Below are positions 39,425 to 41,839 of a DNA stretch of 41,839 nt, piece after piece. A program made the position numbers and the translations under genes. The DNA is from an uncultured Mollicutes bacterium. Its GTDB lineage: Bacteria > Bacillota_I > Bacilli_A > UBA3375. The notes beneath the pieces were generated by a model. It ran no database searches and had not been told where the DNA came from. It saw only the letters and a list, made by a program, of their open reading frames with translations. How positions within the stretch are numbered: the first letter of the stretch is position 1; the number at the start of each line of letters is the position of its first letter. The DNA is taken from positions 1-41,839 of the forward strand of contig CAMZNW010000121.1 of the NCBI GenBank assembly GCA_947313935.1, read 5' to 3'.

Positions 39425-39466
39425 ACATATTATTCAGTAATAAAAAACCAATAATAGCAAAAAATG

Positions 39467-39475
39467 TGGTATAAT
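39467..39475 (+). promoter_or_regulatory. Extended -10 element TGGTATAAT upstream of the symporter gene
   Basis: tggtataat lies about 45 nt before ATG 39521. Confidence 0.45.
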
Positions 39476-39520
39476 ATTTATGTATGTTATTTAGAAGTAA
39501 AATCATTTAAAAGGAGAATT

Positions 39521-40816
39521 ATGAATTTTGAAGAAATATTAGCAAGTGTAACAGGTGTAATATGGGATTTATTTTTACCAATTTTAGTAATTGCAGGTTT
39601 ATATATTTGGATTAAAATAATTTTTGGAATTAGAAAAAAAATATCTACTCCATCAAAAGCAACACTTAAACAAGCAATAGGACCTATTTCTATATCATTA
39701 GGAGCAATGGTAGGAACAGGTGCAATTGTTGGAGTATTAGGAGCAATTAATAAATTGCCTGCTAATGTTAGTCCTGAAGCAATTTCAGTTTGGTCTTTAG
39801 TTGGTATGGTATTAATGATTCCATTAATTTATTCAGAAGTTTTAGTTACAAAAGTAATGAATAAATCTCCAAAAGAGTATATTTCATATTTTATTTGTAA
39901 AAAAGCAGGAGTAGTTTATGCATTTGCATTTATGATATTATATGTATTTGGTTTTGGTGGTTTTCAATTTGGTGGAATTAATGATGTAGCAGGAGTAATT
40001 ATTACTGATGTTTTTCATAAAGATGCTTTAACTTCATTTGAGTCATATATTTATATTGTAATGGCATTATTTGTATTTTCTGCAGGAGTTATATTAACAA
40101 AAAAACATGAATTATTTATTAATATGTTAACAGTGATGATTTCAATTGCAGTAGTAGCTTATATTATATTCTTAGGAGCATTTATAATTCATACAAATGG
40201 TTTTGCACATATTTATCTTAATACAATGTGGCAAGAATTAATTCATCCAGTAAATATGGCAATTGGATTACCAGTAGGATTATTATTTGGTTTACAACGT
40301 ATTATACAAACAGCAGAAGCTGGTTTAGGTGGACTTGCAATGTCATCATTAGAATCTGATTCTAAACCACGTGCAGCAGCAATTATTGCTATGATCCCTT
40401 CTACAATTACTATTATTATTGCTATTATGGGAACAACATATGTAGCATCATATGGAATTTATTCTGATGTTATGGAACAAGGTAATGTTAATTTAGAAAG
40501 TTTCTTTTTAGTAGCACAACATGTAACAGGAACACCTGGTGTAATAATTATAATTTTATTTGCAATTTTAAGTGGATTAACAACTTTAATTGGTTCATAT
40601 TATTTTGTAGATATATTAATGCCATATAAACAAAATAGTAAAATAGGAATATATATAATATTAATATTTGTAGCGGGAACATTAGCTGTTTTTGGAGCTT
40701 CAATTGTATTTGAAATGATTGATTTATTAATGTTTTTAGTAACAGCATTAAATATGACAGCATTATTTATATTTGCTCGTAGAGGATATAAAAAATATTT
40801 ATTAGATAAAAAATAA
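39521..40816 (+). CDS. Sodium:amino-acid (alanine/glycine) symporter, AGCS-family-like membrane transporter
   Basis: Polytopic membrane protein. The N-terminal pattern ..ISISLGAMVGTGAIVGV.. resembles the AGCS signature (..LA..VGTGNI.GVA..). The start is trimmed to MNFEEIL after AAAGGAG; the ORF-track start at 39464 lies in the promoter. Confidence 0.6.
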   Translation: MNFEEILASVTGVIWDLFLPILVIAGLYIWIKIIFGIRKKISTPSKATLKQAIGPISISLGAMVGTGAIVGVLGAINKLPANVSPEAISVWSLVGMVLMIPLIYSEVLVTKVMNKSPKEYISYFICKKAGVVYAFAFMILYVFGFGGFQFGGINDVAGVIITDVFHKDALTSFESYIYIVMALFVFSAGVILTKKHELFINMLTVMISIAVVAYIIFLGAFIIHTNGFAHIYLNTMWQELIHPVNMAIGLPVGLLFGLQRIIQTAEAGLGGLAMSSLESDSKPRAAAIIAMIPSTITIIIAIMGTTYVASYGIYSDVMEQGNVNLESFFLVAQHVTGTPGVIIIILFAILSGLTTLIGSYYFVDILMPYKQNSKIGIYIILIFVAGTLAVFGASIVFEMIDLLMFLVTALNMTALFIFARRGYKKYLLDKK

Positions 40817-40830
40817 TTAGTATTTATATA

Positions 40831-40860
40831 AAAAATTATTAGATTAAAAATTATTAGATT
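40831..40860 (+). repeat. 15-bp direct tandem repeat AAAAATTATTAGATT x2
   Basis: Copies at 40831-40845 and 40846-40860. The second copy forms the left arm of the terminator hairpin. Confidence 0.85.
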
Positions 40861-40878
40861 TATTTCTAATAATTTTTT
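40846..40878 (+). terminator. Rho-independent-type terminator after the symporter gene
   Basis: AAAAATTATTAGA (40846-58), loop TTTATT, TCTAATAATTTTT (40865-77). The stem has a single G:C pair among A:T pairs, followed by a T-run. Confidence 0.5.
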
Positions 40879-41839
40879 AAAATTATTTATAATGTAGGAA
40901 GAAAACAATTATACAATAATTTAAATATTTTGAAATATTTTTAATTATAAAGATAAGTAATTTATTTTTGATAATGTAGTGGATACTTATTAAAGAATTT
41001 TAAATAATAGATATAAATTGAAACTAAAGTAGAATGATATACTTTAAGTAAATGAATTATAATAAATTTAGTTAAGATTTATTTTATTGATTTTTTATCG
41101 CTTTAATTATAATACACTTAATCCATTAAATTTATCACGATGTAAATTGTGATATTTTTTATATTTACCATAAATTTAGAAATTGATATTTCTAAAAAAA
41201 AAATACTTTTTAGAAAAAATAAACGAATATCTCTATTTAAGCATTCATTTTAACCGCCTTAATTAGAACAATATGTAACCATAAAATACCTATCGAAATG
41301 TAATATTTTTTATTACAAAATTATATGAAATTCAACTCCATTATTAGAAGTAATAGAATCTATATTATTGTTTCTAATTATATTTATTAATTTCCTTAAA
41401 TTATTATTAATCATATATAGTTTTAATCGAATATAATTATATAATATAACATTATAGTGTATCGATTATTTAGTGTTAAAACAATGTATTTTTAAGTGAA
41501 TCATAAATAGTGTCAATTTCATAATATTTATTAATTGAATAATCATTAGTAGGGAATGGGTGAACTATTAATAATTTTTTTAAATATTCGTTCAGGCTTA
41601 ATTTTATTTTTATATTTTTTAATTTCATAAAAGTATTTTTATAGCTAATAATTCCTTTATGAAATATATTATATAGAGTCTTAAGTGAAGTGATTGATAA
41701 ATAATCGTATTGTTTAATGATAATCCATCTAAAAGGATTTAAAGATAAATAATTTTTAATTAGAAGATGAATAATTCAATAATTAGTTTATTATTAGTTG
41801 TTATTTTATTTTTAAATTGACGGTTAGTATATTTCTTTT

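Noticed and set aside
41476-41775. Assigning the 99-codon minus-strand frame as a Fic/Doc-family gene on the basis of VHPFP
   Set aside because: Only HPF is shared with the HPFxxGNGRxxR motif. The frame has no start and no other recognisable Fic features. It is kept only as an unassigned decayed ORF in the findings.

Overview
This is a very AT-rich (about three quarters A+T by eye), tightly packed core chromosomal region from a genome-reduced low-GC Gram-positive lineage (Bacillota / Mycoplasmatota grade). Synteny is Bacillus-like. On the minus strand: lepA, coaX, rpsT, yaaA-like, dnaN, dnaA. On the plus strand: gyrB-gyrA, a PBP5-type DD-carboxypeptidase, metG-tatD, yqeG-yqeH-yhbY, the complete S10-spc-alpha ribosomal supercluster (rpsJ to rplQ, including secY-adk-map-infA-rpmJ), pnp, an M24B peptidase, murA, an orphan acidic repeat protein, cmk, der and ruvA. 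These are followed by a lone tRNA-Arg(UCU), a decayed MATE transporter, an AGCS-type symporter and an AT-rich gene desert. The genetic code is standard: Trp is TGG, and TGA terminates coaX, adk and yqeG. Gene orientation flips at the dnaA/gyrB spacer (about 4.8-5.1 kb), which fits a replication origin. I found no CRISPR array, defence island, intact mobile element or other convincing new multi-gene system. The observations worth a second look are smaller. (1) gyrA is broken exactly on an in-phase A_AAA_AAG heptamer, and a -1 slip would restore it. (2) Two identical 14-bp palindromes GTTTCACGTGAAAC bracket the carboxypeptidase gene. (3) Peptidoglycan genes (murA, dac) are retained in a gene set that otherwise looks Mollicutes-like (no rpsA between cmk and der, no recF). 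(4) A tail-anchored acidic tandem-repeat ORF is locked between murA and cmk by TAATG overlaps. (5) A 13-codon hydrophobic uORF carries the only Shine-Dalgarno sequence upstream of ruvA. (6) Three patches of gene decay are present: yaaA with an in-frame TAG, an LRR/internalin-like pseudogene, and a MATE pseudogene. Together with the final ~1 kb desert they indicate ongoing genome erosion.
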